A stretch of 59,179 nucleotides of DNA from Holosporaceae bacterium (GTDB lineage: Bacteria > Pseudomonadota > Alphaproteobacteria > UBA3830): assembly GCA_031282425.1 (NCBI GenBank), contig JAITDT010000024.1, positions 1 through 59,179 of the forward strand, in the 5' to 3' direction. The notes below the pieces were generated by a model. It worked only from the letters and a program-made list of their open reading frames with translations, did not search any database and had not been told where the DNA came from. The position numbers were made by a program, and so were the translations under genes. Shown here piece after piece: positions 20,508 through 31,459 of the stretch. Numbering within the stretch: the stretch's first letter is position 1; every line of letters starts with the position of its first letter.

Positions 20508-22397
20508 TTACTTGTTATCTTCAACTTTATATTCTGCGTCGACGACATTATCATCTTTCGGCGGTTGATCGGCGGTAGATTGCTGCTGCGGAGAATCCTG
20601 CGCTGCTTTATGAATAGCTTCGCCGGCCTTTGACATGACCGTCATCAGTTTCTGCACGGCCTGTTTGATCTCGTCGACATTTTCGCTCTCCAGTATCTTT
20701 TGAGTATCTTCTATATTGGTTTTTATCTCGGATTTTACTTCATCAGCGATCTTATCGGCATTTTCCTCCAGTAATTTATTGGCGCCATTTATTGTTTCCT
20801 GCGCAATATTTCTCTCTTGGATTAGGTCTTTCCGCTTTTTATCTTCCTCCGCGTGCAATTCTGCATCTTTAACCATCTGATTAATCTCGTCGTCGCTTAG
20901 GCCGCCGGAAGCTTTAATACTGATAGCTTGCTCGCGGTTCGTCGCTTTGTCTTTGGCGGATACATGCACAATACCGTTGGCGTCGATGTCGAAGGTCACT
21001 TCAATCTGAGGCATTCCTCGTGGCGCCGGCGGTATGCCGGTGAGGTCGAATTGTCCCAATAATTTGTTGTGCTCGGCGATGTCTCTCTCTCCTTGGAATA
21101 CCCTGATTGTGACGGCGCTTTGATTATCCTGAGCTGTAGAGAATACTTGACTTTTTTTGGTGGGAATCGTCGTATTTCTATCAATCAGGCGCGCAAACAC
21201 ACCGCCTAGCGTTTCGATACCTAGAGATAGCGGCGTTACGTCCAGCAACAGCACATCTTTCACGTCGCCTTTCAGAACGCCACCTTGAATGGCAGCTCCA
21301 ACAGCGACGACTTCATCCGGATTAACTCCCTTGTGCGGCTCTTTCCCGAAGAAATTTTTCACATACTCCACAACTTTCGGCATGCGGGTCATACCGCCGA
21401 CCAACACTACCTCGTCAATTTTATCGGCCGAAACTCCAGCGTCCTTCAGAGCAGCTTTGCAAGGTTCGATGGTTTTTCTAATGATATCGTCTACTAACGC
21501 CTCCAAGCGCGCTCTGGTAAGCTTCAACGTTAGATGCTTCGGACCGGAAGCATCCGCTGTGATAAATGGTAGATTAATCTCGGTCTCAATGGCGCTGGAT
21601 AGTTCTATCTTTGCTTTTTCCGCTGCCTCTTTTAGCCGCTGTAACGCCATACTGTCGTTTCTCAGATCAACGCCGTTTTCTTTTTTAAATTCGTCCGCTA
21701 GAAAGTCAATAATCTTCTTATCGAAGTCTTCACCTCCCAGGAACGTATCGCCGTTAGTTGCTTTTACCTCAAAAACACCATCTCCAATCTCTAGAATCGA
21801 CACGTCGAACGTCCCACCGCCAAGGTCGTAAACGGCGATTAATCCTGAACTTTTTTTATCCAAACCATAAGCCAGCGCCGCCGCCGTTGGTTCATTAATA
21901 ATACGCAATACCTCTAAACCAGCGATCTTTCCGGCATCGCGCGTTGCTTGTCGCTGAGCGTCGTTAAAGTAAGCTGGCACTGTAATAACAGCTTCCGTCA
22001 CCTTCTCGCCGAGGTAATTTTCCGCAGACTCCTTCATCTTTTGAAGTATAAATGCGCTAATTTGACTTGGGCTATAGATCGTTCCACGAGAGTTAACCCA
22101 CGCATCCCCATTGTTTGCGGCAACTATGTCATAGGCCGCCTGATATTTTTTCAAATACTCGTCGTTATATTTTCTACCGATTAACCTTTTGATGGCGTAA
22201 AACGTATTCTTATGGTTCGTAACAGCCTGACGCTTCGCCGCCTGTCCAACTAGCTTTTCTCCGTTTTCTGCAAACGCTACGATTGAAGGAGTTGTCCTAA
22301 TACCTTCTGCATTCTCAATAACCCGCGGAGTTCCCCCGTCCATGATGGATACGCAAGAATTTGTCGTACCCAAATCGATACCAATAACTTTACTCAT
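20508..22397 (-). CDS. dnaK: chaperone DnaK (Hsp70)
   Basis: [21 protein letters not shown] and [10 protein letters not shown] are Hsp70 signatures; 629 aa. Confidence 0.98.
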   Translation of the reverse strand: MSKVIGIDLGTTNSCVSIMDGGTPRVIENAEGIRTTPSIVAFAENGEKLVGQAAKRQAVTNHKNTFYAIKRLIGRKYNDEYLKKYQAAYDIVAANNGDAWVNSRGTIYSPSQISAFILQKMKESAENYLGEKVTEAVITVPAYFNDAQRQATRDAGKIAGLEVLRIINEPTAAALAYGLDKKSSGLIAVYDLGGGTFDVSILEIGDGVFEVKATNGDTFLGGEDFDKKIIDFLADEFKKENGVDLRNDSMALQRLKEAAEKAKIELSSAIETEINLPFITADASGPKHLTLKLTRARLEALVDDIIRKTIEPCKAALKDAGVSADKIDEVVLVGGMTRMPKVVEYVKNFFGKEPHKGVNPDEVVAVGAAIQGGVLKGDVKDVLLLDVTPLSLGIETLGGVFARLIDRNTTIPTKKSQVFSTAQDNQSAVTIRVFQGERDIAEHNKLLGQFDLTGIPPAPRGMPQIEVTFDIDANGIVHVSAKDKATNREQAISIKASGGLSDDEINQMVKDAELHAEEDKKRKDLIQERNIAQETINGANKLLEENADKIADEVKSEIKTNIEDTQKILESENVDEIKQAVQKLMTVMSKAGEAIHKAAQDSPQQQSTADQPPKDDNVVDAEYKVEDNK

Positions 22398-22601
22398 AAT
22401 AATCCCCTTTCATAGGCAAACTAAAAAACCGCGAAACCCTCAAAGGCATCTCGCCACAACAGTTAAGCAGCTCAAGAGCACTACTATAACTATCGGAAAT
22501 ATGTTAACGCAAAAAATAAAAATGTCAAGCAAGAAATCTCTAAGAGGATTGTCAACTAAAGGCGAGAGACTTTCGCTAATGCAGCATTAAGAACTTTTTC
22601 T

Positions 22602-23609
22602 CTAACTATCGTTCTTTTTACGCCTAGAGACTTCCAGTCCCAGGAATTTTTCCACAATGAATTTGGGACGCATTTTAACTTCGTCATATATGCGCGATAT
22701 GTATGCTCCCATAATTCCTAGCGCCAAAAACAGCATACCGAATAGCAGTAAAACCATTACCAGCATAGTGGCAACTCCGGTTACTCCCTCCCACCAACCA
22801 AATAATTTGGCGCATACCATAAATGCAGCTCCCGATATGGACAAAGCGGAAAAGGTCAATCCCAGTACTGTTATCATGTTTAGCAGAAAATCAGAAAATG
22901 CCACAATTCCATTGAATCCTATTCTTAGATTGCCGGTGATGCGGTTGTATTTTCCCTTCCCTCCGGCTCTTGAAAGTCGGTTAAACGGTAGCAAATAAGT
23001 TTTAAAACCAACCAAACTAGTTAAACCACGCAGGAATCCGTGACTTTCCCGCAGACGCATCAATTCATCAACAACCTTACGATCAAGAAGACGAAAATCT
23101 CCGGTATTGCGAGGAATATCTACGGAAGCTATTTTGTTTATGAACCAATATCCCATATAGGATATTATTTTCTTCAAAAAATTCTCACCCTTTCGCGATT
23201 TACGCTGTGGAATAACAACCTTATAACCTTCATCCTTCCATAAACGTACCATTTCGCTAATTAATTCCGGCGGATCCTGCATATCACAATCGATTGGTAT
23301 GACCGCATCGCCGGTGGCATAATAGAGTCCCGCCCAGGTAGCTGCCGGTTGTCCATAACGTCGCGAAAATTGCAGGAGTTTAATACGATTGTCGATTTTG
23401 TTGGCAACTTCAATAAGTTCTTGAGTATGATCCTGACTTGGATCCAAGGCAAAAATTATTTCGTAGTTTTCAGTGATATTTTTTAAAACATTTTGTATGG
23501 TCTTCAAAAAAATTGAAATGGTTTTTTCTTCATTATAGACCGGAACTACAATGGAAAGCTTGAAATTATAACTAGACGCGATATAATTTTGTTTTTTTAT
23601 CATTGGCAC
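22602..23609 (-). CDS. family-2 glycosyltransferase, polyprenyl-phosphate sugar synthase type (ArnC/GtrB-like)
   Basis: LSIVVPVYNEE and DCDMQDP (DxD), plus two C-terminal TM helices, which is the typical ArnC/GtrB/DPM1-like architecture. Confidence 0.8.
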   Translation of the reverse strand: MPMIKKQNYIASSYNFKLSIVVPVYNEEKTISIFLKTIQNVLKNITENYEIIFALDPSQDHTQELIEVANKIDNRIKLLQFSRRYGQPAATWAGLYYATGDAVIPIDCDMQDPPELISEMVRLWKDEGYKVVIPQRKSRKGENFLKKIISYMGYWFINKIASVDIPRNTGDFRLLDRKVVDELMRLRESHGFLRGLTSLVGFKTYLLPFNRLSRAGGKGKYNRITGNLRIGFNGIVAFSDFLLNMITVLGLTFSALSISGAAFMVCAKLFGWWEGVTGVATMLVMVLLLFGMLFLALGIMGAYISRIYDEVKMRPKFIVEKFLGLEVSRRKKNDS

Positions 23610-23672
23610 TCTATCAAATAACCGAAATATGCTGCATAATTAAATCTCTTGCAAATATTATTAGTGAGATAG

Positions 23673-24290
23673 GTGGAATTTGAAAGCATGTTCGTTAAAA
23701 ATTTTTTGAGCGAGTCTTTGGAAATAATAAACAAGTTAGATCATGCGGCTATTGAAAAATTGGCCGATACGTTAGTGTGTGTGCGAGAAAATGGCGGACG
23801 ACTTTTTATTTTAGGCGTTGGCGGATCTGCAGGTTCGGCTTCCCATGCAGTGAATGATTTTCGTAAATTGACTGGGTTTGAAGCTTATGCTCCTACTGAT
23901 AACGTGTCAGAATTAACCGCTCGCATTAATGACGAAGGATGGGAGACGGTGTTTGTCAATTGGCTTCTAGGATCGAATTTCAATGAAAAGGATGGTTTGC
24001 TAATTTTCTCCGTAGGTGGTGGAAATGCGGAGCGCAGCGTTAGCGTAAATTTGGTACGCGCCATTGACCTTGCCAAACAAAAAGGTGCGAAAATTATGGG
24101 GATTGTTGGTCGTGACGGCGGCTATACAGCCCAAATGGCCGATGCAGCAGTTATTGTGCCGACTGTGAATCTTGCCCATGTTACGCCTCACACGGAAACT
24201 TTTCATGGAGTGATTGGGCATCTATTAGTGTCTCATCCGAAACTAAAGGTATCGCTAACGAAATGGGAATCAATTAGCAGTAACTCGTAA
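23673..24290 (+). CDS. gmhA: SIS-domain sedoheptulose-7-phosphate isomerase-like
   Basis: GGRLFILGVGGSAGSASHAVNDF is the GmhA-type SIS motif. ATG 23688 is an alternative to the GTG start. Confidence 0.7.
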   Translation: MEFESMFVKNFLSESLEIINKLDHAAIEKLADTLVCVRENGGRLFILGVGGSAGSASHAVNDFRKLTGFEAYAPTDNVSELTARINDEGWETVFVNWLLGSNFNEKDGLLIFSVGGGNAERSVSVNLVRAIDLAKQKGAKIMGIVGRDGGYTAQMADAAVIVPTVNLAHVTPHTETFHGVIGHLLVSHPKLKVSLTKWESISSNS

Positions 24291-24306
24291 GCTATAGGAA
24301 AAAATC

Positions 24307-25020
24307 ATGGATATTGGCAATATTAAGATCAAAATTTTTGCGGACGGGGCGGATAAGGACAGAATGCTGGAAATGTATCGCAGGTCGTGGATAAGGGGCT
24401 TTACCACCAATCCAACATTGATGAAAAAAGCCGGCGTAAAAGATTATGAAGCATTCGCAAGAGAAATAATTGGAGCGATTCCCGATCGTCCTATCTCTTT
24501 TGAAGTGTTTTCCGATGACTTTGCAGAAATGGAAAGGCAGGCTCTAAAGATAACCGGATGGGGAGATAACGTTTATGTTAAGATTCCAGTAACAAATACT
24601 CTAGGTCAGTCGTCCTATCCATTAATTAAGCGTTTAGCTGGCGCCGGAGTAAAACAAAATGTGACGGCTATTATGACTCTGGAACAAGTAAAAGCAGTCA
24701 GTCAGGCTTTAGCCAACGGTCCTTCATCTTATATATCAGTTTTTGCCGGGCGGATTGCCGACACGGGACGCGATCCTATTCCGCTCATGACCGAGGCGGT
24801 AGAACTATTGAGGCAATACCCTAGGCAGGAGCTTATTTGGGCCAGCCCGCGCGAACTTTTGAATATAATCCAAGCGGAATCAATTGGATGTCATATAATC
24901 ACCATGACAAATGATATTTTGAACAAATTAGGCAATCTCCATAAAGATTTAAATGAGTTTTCTCTAGAAACTGTAAAAATGTTTTATGACGACGCGGTAA
25001 AAGCAGAGTTTATTCTGTAG
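24307..25020 (+). CDS. tal: transaldolase / fructose-6-phosphate aldolase family protein
   Basis: FADGAD...GFTTNPTL...YVKIPVT...NVTAI pattern of the short transaldolases (Schiff-base Lys in VKIP). Confidence 0.75.
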   Translation: MDIGNIKIKIFADGADKDRMLEMYRRSWIRGFTTNPTLMKKAGVKDYEAFAREIIGAIPDRPISFEVFSDDFAEMERQALKITGWGDNVYVKIPVTNTLGQSSYPLIKRLAGAGVKQNVTAIMTLEQVKAVSQALANGPSSYISVFAGRIADTGRDPIPLMTEAVELLRQYPRQELIWASPRELLNIIQAESIGCHIITMTNDILNKLGNLHKDLNEFSLETVKMFYDDAVKAEFIL

Positions 25021-25022
25021 TT

Positions 25023-27017
25023 ATGACCGATAAAATTACTAAATATTTCAATTTTGCTTTATTGATATTACTCACTGCTCTGGTCGCGCAGTATGGCTAC
25101 TATTTGATTAATGATGCATGCTTTACTTTTGGTGATGAGTTTTATTTCATAGATTTTTTTAGATATAAGAAAATCCCCATACAAAATGTAGGAGGTGAAT
25201 GTCGTTTTTGTCCATTGGGATTTCAGGAATATTGGCCGTATGTATTAATCAACGCAACTATCGATACAAAAATCATTCTTCTGAAAATTCATACCTTTAT
25301 TAAGCTTATTTTATTGCTTATATGCATTTGGTTAGCAGTACGAAAGTTGTCCAATAAGATTTGTGCTACCTCTGCTTGCTTGTTTGTCTTGGTAGCAACA
25401 CATGCTTTACTTTATTCGTATTCGCAGTCTCAATCCCAAGAGTCAAGCGTTATGACTTTATGGGCTTTGTGGTTTTATTGCTTTGTTTCCGCTCAAAAAA
25501 GCGACAATAGTGGCTTTTTTATTTTTGCAGTAATATTTGCCACACTCGCTATCTATATGAAAGAGACGGCTTTTATCCTATTTTTTCCGATTAGTGTAGT
25601 TTTTTTTGTATTCAATTTTAATAAAGCGACGACAAAAGAAAAAGTCTACCATTTGACAATAGTATTGCAAGTAATGTTGTTTTTTCTATTGTATTTTTAT
25701 TATTTGGGATGTAATTCATCCTATAATGAAGGTAGATACCTTTTAAGTATATCAGATATGGCTCTATTTTATGCAAATGAAACAGCAGTTAAAATATCAA
25801 CTGTTATAGCGTTAGTTAGACTTACTTATTGGGCAATCAGGCGACGAATTGATATCTCCGTTGCTGATACATTGCTTTTTAGCTCCATTCTGTTCGTTTG
25901 CGCATATATTATTTTAAAACTAGCATGGACTCACTATATTTTGCCAGCCATTGTGATACAACACACCACAATATTCTTATATTTGTATCAGCTTTGGGAA
26001 TCCAAAATGCTAGAAAAAATAAAAACTCGTTTCCAAAAATTAACAATGATCGCCTTAGGGATTATTATTTCATTAATATCTTGTCATGTTTTACAAGAAT
26101 ATAAAAATATGATTCTCCCCGAAATGCATAACATAGCGATACGGTATCAAACAATGAAAAATTTGCTAAATAAAATGAATATTCTAAAAAAAGAGCGATA
26201 TATTACAATCGGTTATTTACCGAAAATAGAATATTTCGATAGGCCTTTATACTTTTACGAAAATGCCTTTGCACTGATGATATTGCATAAATATGTCGGT
26301 TGTTTTGTTGAAAATCATTATCTGTCGCTGAGTTTTATAGATAACAAATCAGAGTATGATATAAACGACAATGGTTATTTTTTCGTATTTACTGAGCTTA
26401 AGGCGTTAAAAACTGCACTAATGAAGTATCAAAAATCTGGCAGCAAAATTGCCATTGTGATACCAGCAAGTGATGAAAATTACGCTGGTGGAAATTACGC
26501 TAGCCATCTATCAACATTGGGGTGGTTTCAGACAAAAATCCCTCATTTTTATATATATACTTCGAAAGCAATTGATTGTTGGTCAGATTTTTCGAAAAAC
26601 GGAATCATCGATGTAACGAATCCTCCACTTAGTGTGTCTATCATGGGTTTAGCCCAGAGTGAGATATGGGGCCGCTGGTCGGATGGCAAACAAGTGTTAA
26701 TGACATTTGAATTGCCGAAGCATTTAAGAGGCAGGAAACTCACGCTAAAAATACCGCTAATACATGTAATTAATGGTAAGCAACGTATACTACCAATACT
26801 AAATGGAGAAGCGTTATCTGAAATTAACGTTTCGGAACCGAGAACTATCGATATAAACATTGGCGCTAAATTTTCATCCAGTGGAAAGATAAGTTTAACG
26901 CTCAATTTACCAGATGCAGTGGCATCAAAGGATATTTCGAATAACCCAGATACGCGTATTTTGGGGATAGGTTTTAAAGAAATTATGATTGCCGAAAGTA
27001 ATCCCGATGACATTTAG
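25023..27017 (+). CDS. GT-C fold membrane glycosyltransferase (ArnT/PMT-like) with a C-terminal soluble domain
   Basis: About 10 or more TM helices in the first ~350 aa. FTFGDEFYFIDF directly after TM1 resembles the loop-1 Asp-Glu motif of ArnT/PMT enzymes. A ~300-aa hydrophilic tail follows. Confidence 0.55.
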   Translation: MTDKITKYFNFALLILLTALVAQYGYYLINDACFTFGDEFYFIDFFRYKKIPIQNVGGECRFCPLGFQEYWPYVLINATIDTKIILLKIHTFIKLILLLICIWLAVRKLSNKICATSACLFVLVATHALLYSYSQSQSQESSVMTLWALWFYCFVSAQKSDNSGFFIFAVIFATLAIYMKETAFILFFPISVVFFVFNFNKATTKEKVYHLTIVLQVMLFFLLYFYYLGCNSSYNEGRYLLSISDMALFYANETAVKISTVIALVRLTYWAIRRRIDISVADTLLFSSILFVCAYIILKLAWTHYILPAIVIQHTTIFLYLYQLWESKMLEKIKTRFQKLTMIALGIIISLISCHVLQEYKNMILPEMHNIAIRYQTMKNLLNKMNILKKERYITIGYLPKIEYFDRPLYFYENAFALMILHKYVGCFVENHYLSLSFIDNKSEYDINDNGYFFVFTELKALKTALMKYQKSGSKIAIVIPASDENYAGGNYASHLSTLGWFQTKIPHFYIYTSKAIDCWSDFSKNGIIDVTNPPLSVSIMGLAQSEIWGRWSDGKQVLMTFELPKHLRGRKLTLKIPLIHVINGKQRILPILNGEALSEINVSEPRTIDINIGAKFSSSGKISLTLNLPDAVASKDISNNPDTRILGIGFKEIMIAESNPDDI

Positions 27018-27996
27018 CAGCGCTCAGGATACACATCTAGTAACAGGTGGAGCTGGGTTTATAGGATCCAATCTTGTGGATAGATTGTTGCAAGGGGGAT
27101 GTCGTGTTATTACATTTGACAATTTCTCCACAGGTAAGCGTTGTTTTTTAGAGCAAGCTTTAACAAATCAAAATTTTTCTCTGTTAGATGGCAATCTATC
27201 GGATTTAAACGCGCTTATTCAAACAATGAAAGAAACTCATATTGATATGGTTTGGCACATGGCCGCCAATGCTGATGTGCGCTTCGGCTTGAATCATCCG
27301 AGAAAGGATTTGGAACAAAATACCATCGCAACGCACAATGTTTTAGAAGCCATGCGCATTAATAATATAAAAAAAATAGCTTTTTCCTCTACCGGCTCTA
27401 TTTATGGCGAGCCTTCTGTGCATCCTACTCCGGAAAATACTCCTTTCCCTGTACAAACGTCGCTCTATGGAGCTTCTAAATTAGCTTGCGAAGCGTTAAT
27501 TCAGGCTTACTGCGAAGGATTCGGCTTTAGTGGATATATTTTTCGTTTCGTTTCTGTGTTGGGCGAACGGTATACTCATGGCCATGTATTTGATTTTTGT
27601 CGCAAATTAATTGATAATCCTCATGAACTACAAGTATTAGGCGATGGTCGTCAACGTAAGTCATATATGTATGTGCAAGATTGCCTAGATGCAATGCTAT
27701 TGGCCGTAGAAAAGTGCCAAGGCAAAGTGAATATTTTCAATCTTGGAGTAAATGATTACGTGGAGATAAATGATTCAATCAAAGTTATAACAAAACGCTT
27801 AGGAGTTAATCCGAAGGTAAAATATTCTGGCGGAGAACGCGGATGGATAGGGGATAATCCATTTATTTGGCTGGATACTTCTCGTATTCAAGCTATTGGG
27901 TGGCAGCCTAAAGTCAGCATCTTAGATGGAGTACTAAAAACTTTAGAATGGCTGTTGTCCAATCGATGGGTTCTTACGGAAAGAAGCGAGGAATAA
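26989..27996 (+). CDS. NAD-dependent sugar-nucleotide epimerase/dehydratase (extended SDR)
   Basis: VTGGAGFIGSNLVDRL Rossmann motif and YGASK catalytic Y-x-x-x-K. The start may be ATG 27007. Confidence 0.85.
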   Translation: MPKVIPMTFSSAQDTHLVTGGAGFIGSNLVDRLLQGGCRVITFDNFSTGKRCFLEQALTNQNFSLLDGNLSDLNALIQTMKETHIDMVWHMAANADVRFGLNHPRKDLEQNTIATHNVLEAMRINNIKKIAFSSTGSIYGEPSVHPTPENTPFPVQTSLYGASKLACEALIQAYCEGFGFSGYIFRFVSVLGERYTHGHVFDFCRKLIDNPHELQVLGDGRQRKSYMYVQDCLDAMLLAVEKCQGKVNIFNLGVNDYVEINDSIKVITKRLGVNPKVKYSGGERGWIGDNPFIWLDTSRIQAIGWQPKVSILDGVLKTLEWLLSNRWVLTERSEE

Positions 27997-28706
27997 TGAA
28001 TAAATGGCCTAAAAAACTGCCGCCTCTCACGGAAGAGCAGAAAAGAATCAGTAGTGATTTTATGAATAGACATTTGCATGCATTGCAAAACAAATGGTAT
28101 GGCTTTGTGGAAATTTTTAATCACAAATATCCAATTTATTCCCTCAAATTGCAGGGGAGGGAGGGGAGACTTCTCAGGACTTTGGAAATTGGAGCTGGTA
28201 TTGGTCAACATCTCAATTATGAAAATTATAGTCAGCAAGAATATTACTGTAATGAGTTATTGCCGGAACTGTGCATGGAAATAAAAAAGCGATATCCGAA
28301 GGTTAACGTTGTACCAGGCGATTGTCAAAAGCGTCTGCCGTATGAAGATGCGTATTTTGATAGAATTATAGCTATTCATGTTTTTGAGCACTTGCCTAAT
28401 CTTCCAGCCACTATACGCGAATCCAGACGACTGATAAAACCTACCGGAGTATTGTCTGTGATAATACCTTGTGAAGGCGGAATGATGACAAAAATAGCGC
28501 GTAATTTATCTGCCAAACCGCATTTCGAAAAATTATATAAGCAAAACTATGATTGGTTCATAAAATCTCAGCACATTAACATGCCGGACGAAATATTATA
28601 TGAACTAAAACAATGTTTCCAAGTGATTCACAGCATGTGGTTTCCGCTACTAGTCCCATCTGTGAACTTTAACCTTTTTATAGGGTTGACATTGAAGCCT
28701 AGATGA
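27996..28706 (+). CDS. class I SAM-dependent methyltransferase
   Basis: LEIGAGIGQHL (motif I) and FDRIIAIHVFEHL. Start placed at ATG 27996, which overlaps the upstream stop (TAATG). Confidence 0.75.
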   Translation: MNKWPKKLPPLTEEQKRISSDFMNRHLHALQNKWYGFVEIFNHKYPIYSLKLQGREGRLLRTLEIGAGIGQHLNYENYSQQEYYCNELLPELCMEIKKRYPKVNVVPGDCQKRLPYEDAYFDRIIAIHVFEHLPNLPATIRESRRLIKPTGVLSVIIPCEGGMMTKIARNLSAKPHFEKLYKQNYDWFIKSQHINMPDEILYELKQCFQVIHSMWFPLLVPSVNFNLFIGLTLKPR

Positions 28707-28713
28707 TTGGAGT

Positions 28714-29625
28714 TTGTATATGCTTTGCCATATTTGTAATTCAGATACCGAAGCTATTGGAACAAAAAAAGGTCAATACTGTGTTGTTGAGTTTGAGTTT
28801 AGAAAGTGTTTGCAATGTGGATTTATTTTCGTTGCTAATCCTCTAACAGATTATGCAACTTTATATAATGAAAATTATTATTGCGGCAAAGGAGCTGATC
28901 CAACGCTGGATTATATAGGAGAGTTGTATGATTCCGGTAAAACTATACGTCAGTTTGAGTGGTATGGCATATTCAGAGTTATAGCTTCGATTGTTGTAGG
29001 AGGGGGGGAGGGGCTGACTAGCAAAAGTTGGCTGGATATAGGTTGTGGGAATGGTGGATTGGTACGTTATTTGACTAATAGACATATAAAATGTTTAGGA
29101 GCAGAAGACGGGTGGATAGCGGATAAAGCAAGAGATGATTTTTCAATCCCTATCGTATCATTGGACAACATTCAGGGCAGGTACGATATAGTCACTGCAA
29201 TTGAAGTATTAGAACATATTCAATACCCAATGGACTTCTTGTTAAAAGTTAAAAATCTTTTAAATCCTGGTGGTATATTTTGGTATACGACTGGCAATTC
29301 CGCTCCTTTCCTAAAAGATATTCCCTCACGATGGGCTTATGTTGTTCCGGAAGTGCACATTAGCTACTTTAGCCCGAATTGCATGAAAGTTGCCTTTAAG
29401 AAAGCGGGATTAAAGCCTGTTCACTTTAATGGTCTCCCTTCAGGTATGGAGTACATTATTTTATTTAAGATACTAAAAACACTTGGCATGAAACGATTGC
29501 CAATTTATGATCGTTTTGTGGAAAAAATGTTACAAACGATCTGCTCTCCTTTAATCAGATGCATTGCTAATTTAGTTAACGCGAGGTATCGTATTTCCGA
29601 TATGCCATTCGGGATATACAAATGA
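28714..29625 (+). CDS. class I SAM-dependent methyltransferase with N-terminal Cys4 zinc-ribbon
   Basis: CHICNS...CLQCG followed by WLDIGCGNGGL and YDIVTAIEVLEHI. Confidence 0.75.
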   Translation: MYMLCHICNSDTEAIGTKKGQYCVVEFEFRKCLQCGFIFVANPLTDYATLYNENYYCGKGADPTLDYIGELYDSGKTIRQFEWYGIFRVIASIVVGGGEGLTSKSWLDIGCGNGGLVRYLTNRHIKCLGAEDGWIADKARDDFSIPIVSLDNIQGRYDIVTAIEVLEHIQYPMDFLLKVKNLLNPGGIFWYTTGNSAPFLKDIPSRWAYVVPEVHISYFSPNCMKVAFKKAGLKPVHFNGLPSGMEYIILFKILKTLGMKRLPIYDRFVEKMLQTICSPLIRCIANLVNARYRISDMPFGIYK

Positions 29626-30476
29626 GTTTTGCCAATAAGACTGTATTGATAACTGGAGCTACGGGCACATTAGGTAGGGCATTGAGTTTCGCATTTCGTA
29701 AATCTGATGCTAATCTAGTCGTGTTAGCTAAAAACGAAAGTCAATTAAAAATATTATACAATGAGCTTAACAAGTGTGCTGGCAATGGTTCTATAAATCA
29801 AATAGTTGCTGATCTTTCCAATCCTGATTTTCTAGATAAAACAAACACCAATATGTTCATCACAGATATACTAATCAATAATGCGGCCACTCAAAGTCCA
29901 ATAGGTCTGTTGGAAAGCAATAGTTGCTCTGCTTGGTTAGATATAGTTAACATTAACCTGGTAGCGCCGGTCTTTTTATGTCGTACAGCTATTCCGCGTA
30001 TGAAATCTAATAAATTCGGTCGCATTATTAACATATCCGGCGGAGGCGCGGCAGGGCCTAGAGCATTTTTTTCTGCCTATAGTTCAACTAAAGCGGCACT
30101 GGTACGTTTGACAGAAACATTGGCTTGTGAATTGCAAAATACTGGCGTTACTGTAAATGCAATTGCTCCAGGAGCCATGCTCAGCGCGATGACAAAGGAA
30201 GTATTAAACGCAGAAAATATAATTGAAAACGAAGAACTACAGCGTGCTCAATGGCTTTATTTAAATAAAGAAGATAATACTGCTGCTGAGGCAGTTGATT
30301 TATGTTTATGGTTAGCCTCAGACGCTAGCAATGGAATTACCGGTCGTTTAATTAGCGCAAAATGGGACAATTGGAAAGAATGGCCGAAGCATCTGGCAGA
30401 ATTACAAAATTCCGACCTTTATACATTACGTCGCATTACCGGCAGAGATCGCGGACAAACTTGGGGAGACAAATGA
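29622..30476 (+). CDS. short-chain dehydrogenase/reductase
   Basis: LITGATGTLGRAL, NNAA and YSSTK (Y-x-x-x-K). Confidence 0.85.
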   Translation: MSFANKTVLITGATGTLGRALSFAFRKSDANLVVLAKNESQLKILYNELNKCAGNGSINQIVADLSNPDFLDKTNTNMFITDILINNAATQSPIGLLESNSCSAWLDIVNINLVAPVFLCRTAIPRMKSNKFGRIINISGGGAAGPRAFFSAYSSTKAALVRLTETLACELQNTGVTVNAIAPGAMLSAMTKEVLNAENIIENEELQRAQWLYLNKEDNTAAEAVDLCLWLASDASNGITGRLISAKWDNWKEWPKHLAELQNSDLYTLRRITGRDRGQTWGDK

Positions 30477-31459
30477 ACTTTGGAATAATTGGCTGCGGGC
30501 TTATCGGTAGAAAAAGAGCCTCTAGCATAACTAATAGGAGCGGACTTAAATTAGTGGCTGCCGCTGATCTCGACCTCAGAAGAGCGGAAATGTTATGCGT
30601 CGAGTTTGGAGGTAGAGCGACATCCAATGCCAATGAAGTAATAGATTCAGAAGCGGAGGTAATAATCGTCTCCACTACCCATGATCAACTTGCCCCCATC
30701 GCCTTGATGGCTCTCAGAGCTGGGAAGCATGTTCTATTGGAAAAACCAGGTGCCAAGAGTGCAAAAGAACTCGAACCAGTGGCAACTGAAGCAGCAAAAC
30801 GTGGATTAATAGTAAAAGTTGGTTTTAATCATCGTTTTCATTCGGCAATATTGCAGGCGAAAGAGTTGGTCAAACAAGGAGCTATAGATCGCCTCATGTT
30901 CGTGCGTGGCCGTTACGGACACGGAGGGCGCGTGGGCTATGAAAAAGAATGGCGTTTTCGGAAAGAAATGTCCGGTGGCGGTGAATTATTGGATCAAGGG
31001 AGTCACTTAATAGATTTATCGCGATGGTTTCTTGGAGAATTTACGACGGTTTATGGAATATTGCCTCGCTACTATTGGCCCGGAGAAGTCGAGGATAATT
31101 GCTTTTTAACGCTACAAACTGATGATGGGAAAATTGCTCAGCTGCATGCTACGTGGACAGAATGGAAGAATACCTTCTGCCTTGAAATTTACGGACAGTC
31201 TGGGAAATTGCAAATCGATGGTCTTGGTGGAAGCTACGGCCCAGAGCAATTGAGTTTTTATAAAATGTTGCCACAAATGGGGCCGCCGCAGACCACAATT
31301 TGGCAATACCCGTTTCCAGATGCTTCATGGGATCGTGAAATGGAAGAGCTACTATGCGCTATTTCCGAAAAGCGTTCTCCGCTTAGCGATGTTAACGACG
31401 CTATGGAGAATTTGCGCTTGGTGGATAAGTTATATCGACAACAGGAGAAAGTATCATGA
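30473..31459 (+). CDS. Gfo/Idh/MocA-family sugar oxidoreductase
   Basis: MNFGIIGCGLIGRKRA Rossmann N-terminus and an EKP motif (LLEKPGA). ATG 30473 overlaps the SDR stop (ATGA). Confidence 0.8.
   Translation: MNFGIIGCGLIGRKRASSITNRSGLKLVAAADLDLRRAEMLCVEFGGRATSNANEVIDSEAEVIIVSTTHDQLAPIALMALRAGKHVLLEKPGAKSAKELEPVATEAAKRGLIVKVGFNHRFHSAILQAKELVKQGAIDRLMFVRGRYGHGGRVGYEKEWRFRKEMSGGGELLDQGSHLIDLSRWFLGEFTTVYGILPRYYWPGEVEDNCFLTLQTDDGKIAQLHATWTEWKNTFCLEIYGQSGKLQIDGLGGSYGPEQLSFYKMLPQMGPPQTTIWQYPFPDASWDREMEELLCAISEKRSPLSDVNDAMENLRLVDKLYRQQEKVS

Noticed and set aside
21289-21831. Long antisense ORFs inside well-supported genes: 180 aa in dnaK, 154 aa at 26549-27013, 162 aa at 34776-35264, 142 aa at 12441-12869, and 124 aa at 46857-47231.
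   Set aside because: All lie opposite genes with unambiguous conserved motifs, have low-complexity composition and lack RBSs. They are typical shadow ORFs.
22410-22445. A possible sigma32 heat-shock promoter upstream of dnaK (CTTTGAG ... CCTATGA on the minus strand).
   Set aside because: The spacer is 22 nt, against the expected 13-17 nt. The -10-like element is only about 12 nt from the start codon, leaving no room for a 5' UTR with the RBS.
29002-29008. A G7 run (VGGGEG) in the second methyltransferase, plus GA-rich runs near 28151.
   Set aside because: These are much shorter than the 12-14-nt tracts and are interrupted. That is below the length at which high-frequency slippage is usually seen, so I did not count them as phase-variable.
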